DNA of 64,000 nucleotides from Thalia democratica (Eukaryota): NCBI GenBank assembly GCA_965202585.1, contig OZ241830.1, positions 67,828,001 to 67,892,000 of the forward strand, read 5' to 3'. Shown piece by piece: positions 12,531 to 25,867 of this stretch (position 1 is its first letter; each line of letters starts with the position of its first letter). The notes under the pieces were generated by a model. It saw only the letters and a program-made list of their open reading frames with translations, ran no database searches and was not told where the DNA came from. The position numbers and the translations under genes were made by a program.

Positions 12531-14090
12531 TTTGAAGTATTTATTGACTAGCTAAGTGCCAAATAATTGTATAAATGATTTTTAGTGGCGTATTAAGGCT
12601 TTTTTCAGTGACGAAGATTTTTATTATCAAATAATTACTTTCTATAGTAATTTTTATCAAAATACTTTTAGGAATAATGTATTTGTCTATTAAAATGCTA
12701 AGAAGTTAGTTTAGTTATTACAAATAGGCTTTTACAATATAATTTCTTAAAATTAAATATGTATTATTGTTTTAAGAAATTGTTTTCTTATTAATTTTTC
12801 AAATACTGTTTAATCTTGTTGAAAGTTATATTATTCTATCATATCATAACACAATTTATGATTAAAAGTTTCTCTCTAAATGAGTTCATTTAACAGAAAT
12901 CTTAAAACAACTAGAGTCGTTTAAAAAAAGCTTTAGTAGAAATGTAGAAATATCGCAAGCTTCTTCGCTTTCTTAAATATATAAGAGAAGAATTTAAAAA
13001 AATATTTATTTCTTAAGGCTTAAATATGTTAGTTTTCAACATACTTTGCTTTTGGTGAATGGTTATCTTAAGTCACCTGCTAACTCTTTTTTAAGCTGAG
13101 TACTATTTAATCGACTATTATGCTTATGTATTCTTTATAGTGTGTATTTACTTTGTATATATTGTTATCTGCTATATACAAAGATATAAATAAATACAGT
13201 AGTAGTAAAATTGTTTATATTGAACATTTTATCAATAAAATGCTATTAAATTAGACATTAAAAACTATTTACATATGTCATACAAGCTGAAAAATGTTAA
13301 ACTAATTTATCTAAAAAATAAACTAAAATTTATATTTCTGTCACGTCATTTATTTCTGAATTGAAAAAATATTGAAACTTTGTTAATGACTTTATCATTA
13401 TGTCTACAAAAATTATTTTTTTATAAAAGTAACATAGTGTAAACAAAGAGATTATAGTTTTCTAATATTATGAAAAAAATAATAAAATGATGCACTTCAG
13501 TCAGAATGGTTTGAGAATCTAAAAAGATCTCAATTCCAATCTACAGCAGAAGGACCACGTGCAGGCATTTGCAAAATTATATTTATGCAAAAGTTTAAAT
13601 TCACTTTGCATAGCCATAATTTTGCAAAAGGTGCATCCCATCATATCTACAAACAAGTAGTTATGATGCCTTTCTTTTAAGAATCGCAGCTTAGTGTGTT
13701 TTTGTATTAAAAAAATGTGTGTTTAGTTAGAACACCTTTTTAAAAGTAACAAAAATAAATAGACATTTAAGTCAACTTAGCTGCAACTCTTCCCCTAGAC
13801 TATATTTGCAAAATCCCTATACTATTCGTTTATTAACAGTCAACAACAAAATTATACAAATGTACAAAAATATAAAAGCTTTTCCTATAAAAAGAGAACA
13901 GATTAAGAGATAATAAACTACTAATATTTGTAAGCGTTACAATTATTTCATTAAATAAAAATCTTGTAAAACAATCAAACTTATAAAGCATTGTTAAACG
14001 AAATCAAATTAACTTATTTGAAAGCGAGCATAATCAAAAACAAGCTTACAACATATCAATGATAAGTACTATGCACTTATAATAAAACAA

Positions 14091-15061
14091 TCAAAGTTGG
14101 AAAAATTTGTGCTTCAAAGCAGCATCAGTAGTAGTTCTCAGTTGTGGGTTAAACTGTAGCATACTTTGAAGTAGGTCCAGTAGCAAGTCTTCATTTTCGT
14201 AAGTTCCATCAAAGGCATCTTAAAACTTCTTCTGGTAACTAATCTTTGGTTCTTCTAAATCTTTTGTAAAAGTTTCCGGTGAATTTTCTATCATCTCTTT
14301 GCAACCATCTGGACAAAGACTTTTTGCTTGTTCAACTATTCTACGATTAACGATTTTTCTATTGTGGTCTTTTACTTATATAATTTTTTTATTGAAGAAC
14401 ATTCTAAAAATAACACATCCTAATGACCATACGTCCACTTTTCGATCCAATCTTAGAGATAAAGCCATTTCAGGACACCTAAAGTCTTTACTTATAAACC
14501 ATCTATCTTTATTTTCCTTTTTCAAATCTTCTTCTTTTTCAGCGTTACTCAAATCAATAAGTTTGATTCCATCAACCAATTCATTTTCAAAAGAAGACAG
14601 CACGACGTTAGTTGGTTTATATCAGTATGAACTATATCATGTCGATGAAGAAAATTCACAGCTTGAATTAGCTGTTTAGAATAGTCCTTGATATACCTTT
14701 CATCAAGCTTATTTGCAGATAGATATTCAGATATATTTAACCCGTGAAGAGAAGTCACGAGGTAATACTTATTTTCTTCACGGAAAGATTCTAAAAGATA
14801 AAGGCATAGCTTGTTATTTTCATTGCTTATTTCCTTCAATATTGCGATTTCTCTTAAGGCATCGTTTTCTTTGTCTTCAAATACTTTAATTGCTACATGT
14901 TCTTTTTTGGTTTCATCAAAGTACTTTTCAATTTTTGCTACACTTGATTGGGCAATCTCCTCTACATACTTATACTTTTTGAGTGCCGAAACTAATACTT
15001 CACCTCCCTCTACTTTTTGATTTGCTTTCTCAACAACTTCTTTTAAACTTTTTGAACTCAT
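14091..15061 (-). pseudogene. Intronless divergent CMGC-like Ser/Thr protein kinase, copy 1 (5' intact, 3' disrupted)
   Basis: ATG MSSKSLKE..., VAIK, LREIAILK and HRHDIVHTD are present. A 1-bp deletion at 14618/14619 hits the DIKPTN catalytic loop, and a nonsense codon (aaa to taa) lies at 14376-14378. The C-terminus DLLQSMLQFNPQLRTTTDAALKHKFF is retained. Confidence 0.88.
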
Positions 15062-18000
15062 TGTTTTTATTTAAAGTTAACGAAACGGAACTTAAAAAGA
15101 AATGCTTATTTAAACTAATAATAATTCTTTTTCGTAACCTTTACTAATATTTTTTATTGTATAAGGTTTAATTATTAGTTCAAGTATCTTAAAAAAATAA
15201 AAGTAGTTAATCAAAGACATTACTTAAATTTTTACTAAGTCATTTCTTTTTTATTCTTTCATATTAGCTTTATTTTTAACATCTTAAAACCATTTGGTAA
15301 GACTGAAGTTTTAACACGCAGTACTAAGTATTATCCAGCTTATAAAAGCAATAGTATTCTACCTTTTATGCATTTAAGTAGTTGTGTGGCACCTTTTGCT
15401 TTTTGTATAAAAAAAACATACTCTAATTATTTTACAACAATAGGTTGAAATAATTTTTCATGAAACTGAAAATTTTAGACGTGTCTCAATAAGTATTTTT
15501 TCAAGCTATTTTCACCATAAGGTTGTTACTAAGAAATAACATGGTCAACAAAAGAAAACATTGTGTTTTCATATTTTTTACAACAGTTGTAAAGAGATAA
15601 CTTTCCTTAAAACTTTAAAATATCAACATCAATTATTAAGACCGTAAGATGTGCTTAGGATTAGCGTAATTGAGTTCAAGTAAAAATAAAAAACACCATT
15701 AAACGGTTACCAATCCATTTAGTAGGTTTCGATATGCTATGGTAGGTTTTTCGCAAATATTCTATCTAATATTGAAAAAAAAAGAATGTGTTAGTGAGAA
15801 TTATTTATTTGAATCAAAAACTAAAAATTGTTGGTGACGAATGATAATTGTTTATAACAAAAATTGGCAAAAGTGATACTATTCTAAACAACTCAATCCA
15901 CTCAAATGGAATTTATTTTTTCTAAAATTCTATTTCTTTATATATGCCTTGAACAATTATATAAAGTTCATCAACACTATCAGAGTACAATCAATCTCTA
16001 TCACATCAAAACGAAGCTGTTTTAGTTTGTTTCGGATAAGAATTGACTAATAAAATTCATGACTTTTTTTTTGTGATTTTTAAGTCTAAAAGGTCGTTTC
16101 ATTTGGACTGATAAACGAAAAACGCACGAAGCTTAGAAATGTTTTTATTGAAACGATTAAGATAGAGAAATGTTGTAAATTTAATTAACTAACATCCTTA
16201 GACTTTGAAATCATAGTTGTCAAAAAATGGTTTAGGTTTCTCATTAAAACAAACAGAACTGCAAGTTTGTTAACAAAATGTTTCTCCGTTGACTATAAAT
16301 TGACAACGTTGGTTTAAAGTTAGTGAACTTTGAAGAAAAACGATATGTTGCAATGAACACTAGATAGTCCCTATTGCCCGGCAGTTTAAACAAACGTTTT
16401 ATTTCAGAAACAGCTGTCTTAAAAATAAAAAGTGCAATATGATTACTAATGAAGTATTTTAAGTGTTACTGACTATTACAGACATTTTTTTATAACCTTA
16501 ATATAAAAATAAGTTTGTTATACTAAACAAATCAAATAACAAAAATTTATTATAGGAAATTTGACGAAAAAATGATTTAAGAAGTATTTATGTTTTGATA
16601 AAGATCACTTTTTATAAAGACTTTTTACACTCTTAGGAGTGACACTAATAAATTTTTTTTATTAAGCATACTATTTTTAGGACAAAAATTAATCTAATTG
16701 TGATTTTTTTTGCTCAGTTTATACCGCTAAAAAAAGTATATTAACATTCTTAAAGCCGTTTTATTAAACATATTTATTAGAGCAGTTTATGGTAATCAGT
16801 AGGGACATATTTTAATTTTTGTTCAAAAAATTGGAATATTAATGAGCATTTTAGGTTATAGTTTTAACTTTTTTCCCTAGAAAAAGTTGAGTGATTGCAG
16901 AAAATAAATTATGTTTTATGCTGTACTAAATCCCAATAAATTTAGTAAACCACGCACAGATCATCTTTTGCTAAAATAAATGGTAAAGCAGAGATGATTG
17001 TAAAGTGATTAGTAATTTTCAACATTGATGCATTAGAAAACTTTGACAATGACATGTGTTGTTAGTCCAATGACAAATCTGAGAAGTATTTGTATAAGAA
17101 GCGCCACACATAGAATTTTCTAATAATCAAGATTTCGGTGAACAGAGCGTAAGAAAGCTAAAATTTATAGGTGTCGACATGTGTTTACTAAAGAAAGAAT
17201 GACGTTCTTCGTTGGCAAGCTTGAAAAAGGAGAGGATAAGAAATTAAAGTACTCTTACATTACCACTTTACTGTTAAAACATATGACGTACAGAGACTTA
17301 CAATACGGAAACCCACAAAATATATTGTACAATTAGATGTCAACGAGAATCAAATAAAAGATATGTCGACCATCAAATCCTACAAAATTTCCACGTTCTG
17401 GATATGAAGTTATCTAGTAATAAGGGAGACATTTTTTTTTAGCATCTTAACTTTGAAACTACAGGTAACTCAACTTTAAATGGAATGAAAGAAGAATATC
17501 TTTTTTTAAATATTGTTCAAAAAGGAAATAATGCGTCTCTTGATTACGCTGCCAAGCTTAGTACAAGATATGTGAACGATAATGTGTTTATTATTTTGAT
17601 CGAATAATTAAACAACTGACTATGTTAATCTACTGATGGTGAACATAGTATGCGAAAATTAATCAAACAATAATTTCTCTTTAAAATTACAGCTTTTTAT
17701 GTATTAATCTCAATTATTTTGTTTATGTTGCTCGTTTTTGTTTTTTAGTTTAAAAACCTGTTCTAATTAGTTTAGGTTTGTATATATTAATTTTTCTTCT
17801 ATTTTATTTTTTTGAAATGTGTTTTTAACCCATATGAAATATTTTTCATGTAAATAAGCTACAAGTATGTATAGTTTTACAGCCTACTATAATGTTAAAA
17901 AAAATTTCAAGTTTTTGCAGACTATTATTAATTAAAAAACTAGTCTTAAAAATAATCTTTTTTCAGTTCTCATGCAAAAAAAAAGAATTTATTCAAAATT

Positions 18001-20489
18001 TTTATTATAAGCTATTTTAATGTTATTTATTTCCCAATTCTAGTTTTATAAACAACTTTATTTTTAAACACATTATACAGTATCCTAAATTACAGTTAAA
18101 TGATTTATTTTCCTTTAATTTAATAAATGAGCCCAAGAAAAAAAAAAAGAAAATTAAAATATATAATAAAAAGACTTGCTAATATTTATTTACAATCATT
18201 ATATTAGCTGGTTTATCTACATTTCTATCGTAATAAAAAATTTAGTCTTTGTTTAACAAACTTGTATTCATTCTTTTTGTTTGAAATTATCTCCTAATGT
18301 TGAAAATTTACAGCTTGCAATTTTAGTGTCGAACTGATTTGTTACATGTATACCAATGTGTTTAACTTGTGTGTTGCTAAATTTTTTAAAATAATTCATG
18401 ACAAATACTAATTAAAAAAAAAGTTTCGTACAACATTTTTGACTCAGAAAAACTGAAGTGTTAAACAAACATTTTGTTTCATTCTTTTTAGGTAATATAA
18501 TGTAAAATACAATTTTTACCAAAGACTTTAAGTTTTCAATATTTCATATAGTTCATGTTGCTTTCAATTTGTAGATATAAGTATTAGTTTTCCAATACAG
18601 TTTTCTAACATTGTTTTCAACTTTAAATTAGCTCTAAACAAAGTTCCCACTCTCCAGTACTTTTGCAAAACAAATAGTTCAAAATTGTGTTGTGTATCGA
18701 AACTAAAGTGATTAAAACTATAAAATTATATAAAAAATATACATTGTGCAACTTAATAATTACAAAATAAATATACGCTAAGCCTTTTCAGTGTTTTTTT
18801 AATACAAATTTTAATGATTAAGTTTGTAAAATAACACCAATTAGTAAAAATAAATTAAAATAAAGGCAAAGGTTTTTGTTTTACAAAACATTTCTATTCA
18901 AGTTAGTGGCTTAACAAAAATAAAAAAACTTACTGTAGTTTATGTACATTTCAAAAACTTAAACAAAATAATTTTTAACTTTAAGTTTAACTTTATATAT
19001 TTAACTAAAATTATTTAATCCTCATTTAGCCTACTTCATATTTATTTTACTAATATTATCTGTGTTTTACACAAAATAGTTTAGTTTTAATACAGGTAAT
19101 ATTATTTCAAAAATGTACTTTCTAAATTTATAGTAGCAAAATAAGATATACTATATTTTAAAGTTTAGAGGTATTTATAAAAAACATTTTATACTTTTAT
19201 TTTGCTAATTGTTAATTAATGCTAAAAAAAGCTATGGTTGAAACGTTATTGGTTTCTAGTATCGGAACTTTTTTAACATAACTGTAATAATAAAAAAACA
19301 TTTTAATTAGCCTTGTTAAAGAAAGACAATTATTAAAATTAATAATATTATAAAATTAATTAGAAATCAACAATACAACTTTGTTTTGATAAAAAGATTA
19401 AAAATAAGCATTAAAAACTTAGACTTTGCTAACATTTGTTTGATTATAATAGTAATAAAAATTAATTTTAAAAACTTAGTATATTGTCATTAAATAAAAG
19501 CTTAATCTTAAGCCATGATAAATTATTTCAGAAAGCTATAAATATAGGGTTTTTCTAATTTTAATAGGAAAATAAAAACGTTTTAAGATCATTCAGTTTA
19601 TATCCCTAGTCAGTATAAAATGCTTAAAAGCTCTAGAAAGAAGTTCTTGTAAAATTGTTCCGTTTAAATTTTCGAAATAAGTAAAAAATAATTGTCATCG
19701 TTTTCCTCCATCTTTTACTCGCACTTTTTGCATTTAGTAATAGATATAAATAAGTTTGTTTGAATCAATTTTTTGTAAGTGTTTTGTATTTATGTTTATT
19801 TTGATATTTTTATAGTCCAAAGGTTGTTTATAGTACCAACTCTTTAATAAAACGTAAAATTTCAAGTTAGATTATTTTCTGTTTTTTTATTAAGGTGACA
19901 TAATTTAAATTCTAAGAATAAGCCTAAAATAAAAGTAAACAACATTTATGTAAATCAAAAAAAATAAAATAAAATCTATTTTACCAAAAGTAAATGCTAG
20001 TTTTATTTTAAACACATCGTAAGTTAAACAAAATATGATTTAAAAATGAACAGCTTTGTTCATGTTATAAATATTTATACAAATTCTTAAGCTTAGTAAA
20101 CTTAGTTTTAGTTTTAAGTATAACAGATGGGAAATACCTCTTTAGAAAATAGCCCAAAAAAATTTGAATTTCATAGTTGTAATTTTATTTTAACATTTTA
20201 TCACCAAACTCATACTACTTCAGACTACTTTTAAAGATTAAAATAAAGTCTTTAAATTCAGTTATTTTGTAATTAAATTTACAGTTTTAATTACCTTACA
20301 ATTGACTTTAGAGCTTCATGTAAACATTAGAGCAAATAAACTTGTAAGAATGGAAATTGTTACTGATAATAACTTCAAATAAAATTTCAAAAAAACTAAA
20401 CTAAAACGCAGAGGAGTATTATTTTATAAAGGATTGTCTCAATCTAACCACTTGCCTACTAGTAAGTTTTAAGTATGATTTTCAATTAG

Positions 20490-21038
20490 AGGAATTTCGT
20501 ATATACTAAGTTATTGGCAACAATACGAGGAAGAAAGAAAACGAAAAAAGAAGCAATTTAATGTTGTTTCATGGCACGTACAAAAATCAGGCGACAGGAA
20601 TATTAAAAGAAGATTTAAGAAACTCGGAAAGCTGGTGGTTCGGTAAGGGAGTCTAAATGACCAGGTGTTCTTTCGTATAAGCCTCAAGTTCCTGAGGTGT
20701 TGTTGACAGCTTCAACAGTAAGTATTTCAACTACGTACTTGTCAACGAGGTTTCGGGATCCGAAAGCTGCAAAACTTTACTTACGATACAATTAAACTCG
20801 ATATAGATGGTGACAACACTGCTGAAAGCATGCATCCGTTTGAAAAACATTTAAAACTTTATAGTCCATAGCCAATTTAAGAGGACTACAAAAAAGACCT
20901 TCTTGGAAGAAATACTGAAATAAGAAGACAAATGCGTTGAATCATTATGATGAGATCGTCGTAGACGAAAAAATAACCATACCAATACGGTTGATTGCCC
21001 TCGAAACTGTAAAACTAAATATTAAGCTTGAAACTTGA
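20490..21038 (+). pseudogene. PARP-like (ARTD-type) ADP-ribosyltransferase catalytic domain pseudogene, copy 1
   Basis: Hand translation gives NLMLFHGT (LFHGT 20564-20578), ATGILKEDLRNSESWWFGKGV*MT (Tyr to TAA at 20654-20656), YVLVNEV, and NHYDEIVVDEKITIPIRLIALE (Glu codon 20952-20954). The motif order matches the PARP HG[TS]...GxGxY...E core. There are several stops and frameshifts. Confidence 0.82.
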
Positions 21039-21799
21039 GAAATATATTATATTGACTTGCTTAAAAAAAGTGTATTTTAAAAATTGTTTATTTTTTAAAG
21101 AGTCATTAAAAAATTCATACAAATAAGAATAGAAATAAATGAAAGATCTAAATTATGTCAACTATTTTGACAATTTGTTTTTTTCTAACAAACTGATTGT
21201 AAAATGTAACTATAAGAAGTTTTTTAGCTTTTTTTTTATTCTGTAATTTTTTTGCTTGAGTAACCGTTTCAAAAAATAAAATTATGCCTAATTAAATAAA
21301 TATTTGATCAAAACTTTAAGCAGGATTTTTCATTTTCTTAGTTATAACTCAGTACAAAAAGTTTTCGTAAATATACTTTTTACCGTTCTATTAGTAGCTT
21401 TTTATGTTTTGATTGATTTTGAACTAGCTGGAAATTTCTATTATTATTTTTAAAAAAAATTTATGATTTAAACATACATACATCATGAACAATGTACTTT
21501 TTATGTCAGAATTATCTTTTTGTTTGTTTACAGTTGAACATTTTGTTCATAGAAACCCTAAGTAATTTCTTGAAAGAATATGCTGAATAATGTCAAATAA
21601 AATCAAAATTTTTAAAGGATAGCTGTTAATTTTAAACAACTATACATATAAATAAGGTTTTTAAATGATCTAAAATTAGGTGGTTATTAAGTGTTTATCA
21701 AAATAATAGGAACTAAAAAAATAAACATTGTTTAAATAAAATAGAAAAGTAAAGAAAAGCTGTGTACTTGCTCAACTCTTTTAGAAATCATCTTTTCAA

Positions 21800-22580
21800 T
21801 GCCACTAAAGCGCGCTTCTGATTGCCTTTTCAACCTTCCATCTTAGAGCAAAGCGAAATCTTAAGGCTTTCACAAAAGATTCACTTCTTTTACTTATAAT
21901 GCTTCACTAGTTGCTTAGTCTGCCTAAGACCTGCATACACTACTAAATCAGTTTTCATCAGCATGTTTAGATTTCTCCCCACAATTAATCTTAGAAATTA
22001 ATATTCGTATTTATGAAGCCACAAAATTTTTCTCTCGTTTCACTACAAAGGTTTATGACAACTTTAATTTAAGTATTCGCATAAAGACTAACGTTTATTG
22101 TTTCTGTTTATTCAGTATTCTGATATAAGTTAGCGAGACGTTGTTTAGCATGCAGGATATATAAATCAATACCTTTTACCTACAACGCCTCCGTTGCGTT
22201 TTTAGAATTTCATAGCAACAAAAGATCACTAACGAGGAAGCGTTGAGATAAATTAATTTTACTAACATCTACTGAACCATGGTTAACAGGGCTCTACTGG
22301 AAGGGTCAATTTCTAATGTTTTGTGAAGAGCAAATCCCAGAGTATTTGTTGTATAGCGAGCAAGTCGTTAGCAAACGTGACCGAGGTCCTAAAATATAAT
22401 TTTTTAATGAGATATGCAAGCTGATCTAAAAAGCTTGAGAATAAGAAATGAAGAGTTGAAATAGCTTGCAAAAGTACTCGTCAAATGGGGATCTTATATA
22501 AACAAAAGACTTTAAAAGAGGAAAAAGCTTAAAAAAGTTTAACAAGCCAGTGCAAACGATGAAACGATGAAAAGAACCAA
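21800..22580 (+). mobile_element. 5'-truncated, decayed RTE-clade non-LTR retrotransposon (RT C-terminal region), copy 1
   Basis: Homologous to 44877-45650, where the RT motifs are clearer. This copy retains the LLNQFSSACLDF, KITNEEAL and WKG(Q)..RDRG-like segments. Ends are approximate. Confidence 0.75.
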
Positions 22581-25500
22581 ATCGATATTTGTTTTGTTTA
22601 CTTACAATATATTGCATTATTTTTCTTTTAAGTTGATTTACTGCAGTATATCATTTTTTAAGAACAATACGCACAGCTAACTTATGGTGGTAACGAACTT
22701 TCTACTACATTTGTTAAATTATGCAATTCTTCATGTTTTTAAACAGAAAATTTATATCCGATTTATAAAAAAAAATATTTTCTTAATATATCTAAATTTC
22801 AAACTTTATCGTAGTAATTTTTACTTGATTAAGGGGTTGTTAAACTGGAGTCCCCGATCAAGTAAATCTGACCTGCTAAACTAGTTTATTGCATTTAAAT
22901 TCTAAATAAACTTAATTAATTTTTCTTTTTATTTTTCTGCGATACGGTCAAATAGTTTTTATTACTTTGCTAAATAATGAAAAAAACGTTGTATTTCATA
23001 AAACTATGTCCTGCACAAGATATTAAAAAGTATCCGTGGTGTGCGACCCGATAACTAAAAGGTTCTTTGTGAACCAGGTCCTAGCGCCGAATATTTTGTG
23101 CGCTTTTTTTCATTAAATAAACAATAATAATAATAAGTTATATAAAAAGTTATAAAAAGGTCTTGTTGTATTTAGCTAAAACGACTTAAAGATGGTTAAG
23201 AAAAAGTTGTGTTGTAACTAGAATGAATTACAGACTAAAAACATTTTTATATTTAAAAATGTCACGTTACTTCCAAACGCCTGCTGATCTGGATTTAACT
23301 TCTTGAAAAATGTCTTAGTAGTCCTTTGACATACTTTTCCTTAAAATTGTTCATATAAGGGGAATTTACAAAAATTTAGCATTTTTTTAAATTTTAAACT
23401 TGTTAGTGCTGTAATTAAATGCTTTCTAAACAATTTTGTTATCTTAATTGGGTGAACAATGGTACAGCTAAATAAAATAACTAGGACAATATTAATTGCT
23501 GCAATTGTTAACAAAGTCTTGTAAAACTGAATTTAATAAATGTTACTTGATTCAAATTTTTTTAGTAAGACAACTAACAAACAGTTTCAGTCACAAATAA
23601 GGTCAATGAATTCATGTGAATAAAAACCCTTTGATCAATCTACTCACAATTTTGGTTGTTAACACTGTTTCGAGATATTTCAATTAATTAGTAACAAAAG
23701 TAAAAAAAAAAAAAAAACCATGTATTTTTATGAACTAACAAAGTTAAATTCATATGATCCATACACTAATGTCAATAATGTTTGAAATAATATTTTTTGT
23801 GTTATTTAATTATTCATTTTTCTTAAGGTAATAAACATCAGGTTCTACCATATACTGTTTTTTTTTTTTTTTTTCATTTGAACAAGTAAGACTGAACAAA
23901 GCACTCTAACACTTCTTTGTAAAAATGGTTCAAATTTTAGTTAATTGTACATTCTTGAACTGATTGTTTTTTATTGTCCTAACTAATATTTTAAAATTTT
24001 AACAAATATCTGAAAAAGACACTATAAATTTTTATTTTAATGGTAATTTATCATTGAAGTAACAGTCAAACTTTTTGCAATAATCAGCATATCCTGGGCA
24101 ATCGTGAATGTGTTTCATAATATGTAACTTTACCTGCCACATTAGTATGTTATTTTTAAATATCTTCAAATAAAATAAAACAAAAAACAACGTTTTAATT
24201 TTCTTGGTGACAATGCTTTTGGAGAATTTTCACAAGACTAAAATCTTAACACCAAAAACCACAAAGTGTTGGAAAATCATGAAGCTTGAATCTCCAGACA
24301 AGTGTTCACTAGCACTACATCAAAAAATAACAATCCAACAAAACTCCAAATTTCGCTTTTTTAAGAATAGGCCATCACCCAAATAATTCTAACAAAAACC
24401 ATTCTTTTGTTTTATTTATTATTTAACATAAACAATTTTTTATTATAAAACAAGTTCAAATTTGGCAGAATTGTTTTTTGTACAGCCTTGAACCCATTTG
24501 TTGTCATTGTTCTAACTGTTTTAATAAAGTTTTACAATTGTCTAAACTTCAACTTTATAAACATCATGTTTGTCCATCTGGTTTTGGCCCGTGGAAAAAC
24601 AACTGGCACCACACCATCTCCTCTCTTGGACATCAACTTATAGGATTATTTGTGTTTATATTTTTTGCCCTTTCTACAATGTTATTTATGTATATGTTCT
24701 TAAAAATAAAAAAATATTTAAACTAGTTTTGTACTTGTTTAATGTTTTTATTGATTTAATTCAGTCTTAATCAATAAACCTCACACTGGGTGTTAATACT
24801 TATTTAAGCATAGATGATTTAAATCACAACAGCATAATAAAATTAACAAAAATTACAAAGAAAAGTTAAAAGTTAAAGAAAAAACTCTCTGAGTTGAACT
24901 TTTAAAGGTTTAAAAGCTTCACACAAGATTATTATATACAGTCAACTAAGTAAAATAAAACTTTAGTGATCATATTGGACTTATTAGTTCAAAAAAATAC
25001 TTAATCAAAAATAATTTACACAAATAATTTATAATGGGAACTAAGAGCATCTTAGTAAAAAGTTTCCCAAAAAAAAAAAAGCTCCTTTAAAACTTTTAAC
25101 TATTATCCTGTCACAATTAAAGTTTTATTTGAAATCTTTTTCAGCTAGGCAAAAACGAGCATTTTTTGTTACGGAAACTTATAATCTTTCAGTGTTATAA
25201 GTTCAACATTCGTTATTCAAAGTTTATCAAATAACCAAAACAAAGTCAATAAAGTTTTTTACTTTTCTAAGAATCTTTTTTCTTTTTTTTTTCAGGTGAT
25301 TCACAGGAAACAGCAAACCATTTAAAACACGCCCCTGGTTTACAGGCTAAATCGTGACATTTATATATTTTTTAACATTTTAACTACTCAATTTGTTTGA
25401 ATTTTTTGTGAAAAAATTTAGCTACATATGATATTTTACAAGTTTTTTCTAGTTTTATTGGTCTGTTTTTTAAATAAAGAAATTATTGGAACATTTCTGT

Positions 25501-25867
25501 TTTGTTTATTTAGATTTTAAGATTTAAGATTTTTTAACATTATTTATTAGTTTTTTTGCACTTACTATATTGCCAAAAAAAAACTATGTTGGAAATTCAG
25601 TTATCAACTAAAGGCAATTTTATTAAAATATTTTAAAAGATAACTAGAAAACTAATAACTTATATTAAGTTATTTTAATTATTTATTATCAAAAATTAAT
25701 TAGGAGTTTTCACAAGAAATATTGTAAAAATGAAGCTTTATTACAGAGTTCATGTTTAATGGATGAGTTTATGTTAATGTTGATGAGTTTGTAAGTAAGT
25801 TAAAATGACTTTATTGAACAGCATTGTTTTTTAACTGTTTTATTACATAAATACATTGAATAATATA

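Noticed and set aside
13487-13690. Possible C/D-box snoRNA or structured RNA downstream of the kinase
   Set aside because: There is no proper RTGATGA/CTGA pair with a terminal stem, and the small hairpins are expected by chance.
14299-15020. Plus-strand ORFs opposite the kinase (also 37441-37773, 37887-38090 and 37954-38202)
   Set aside because: They are antisense to a clear kinase frame and have low-complexity F/L/S/I composition.
22426-22617. Minus-strand ORF (and 45492-45740) that first looked like a gene exon
   Set aside because: The plus strand carries the LINE RT C-terminal motifs, so this is mostly their antisense. A weak C-x2-C hint just downstream on the minus strand (VSCAYCS) was too degraded to call.
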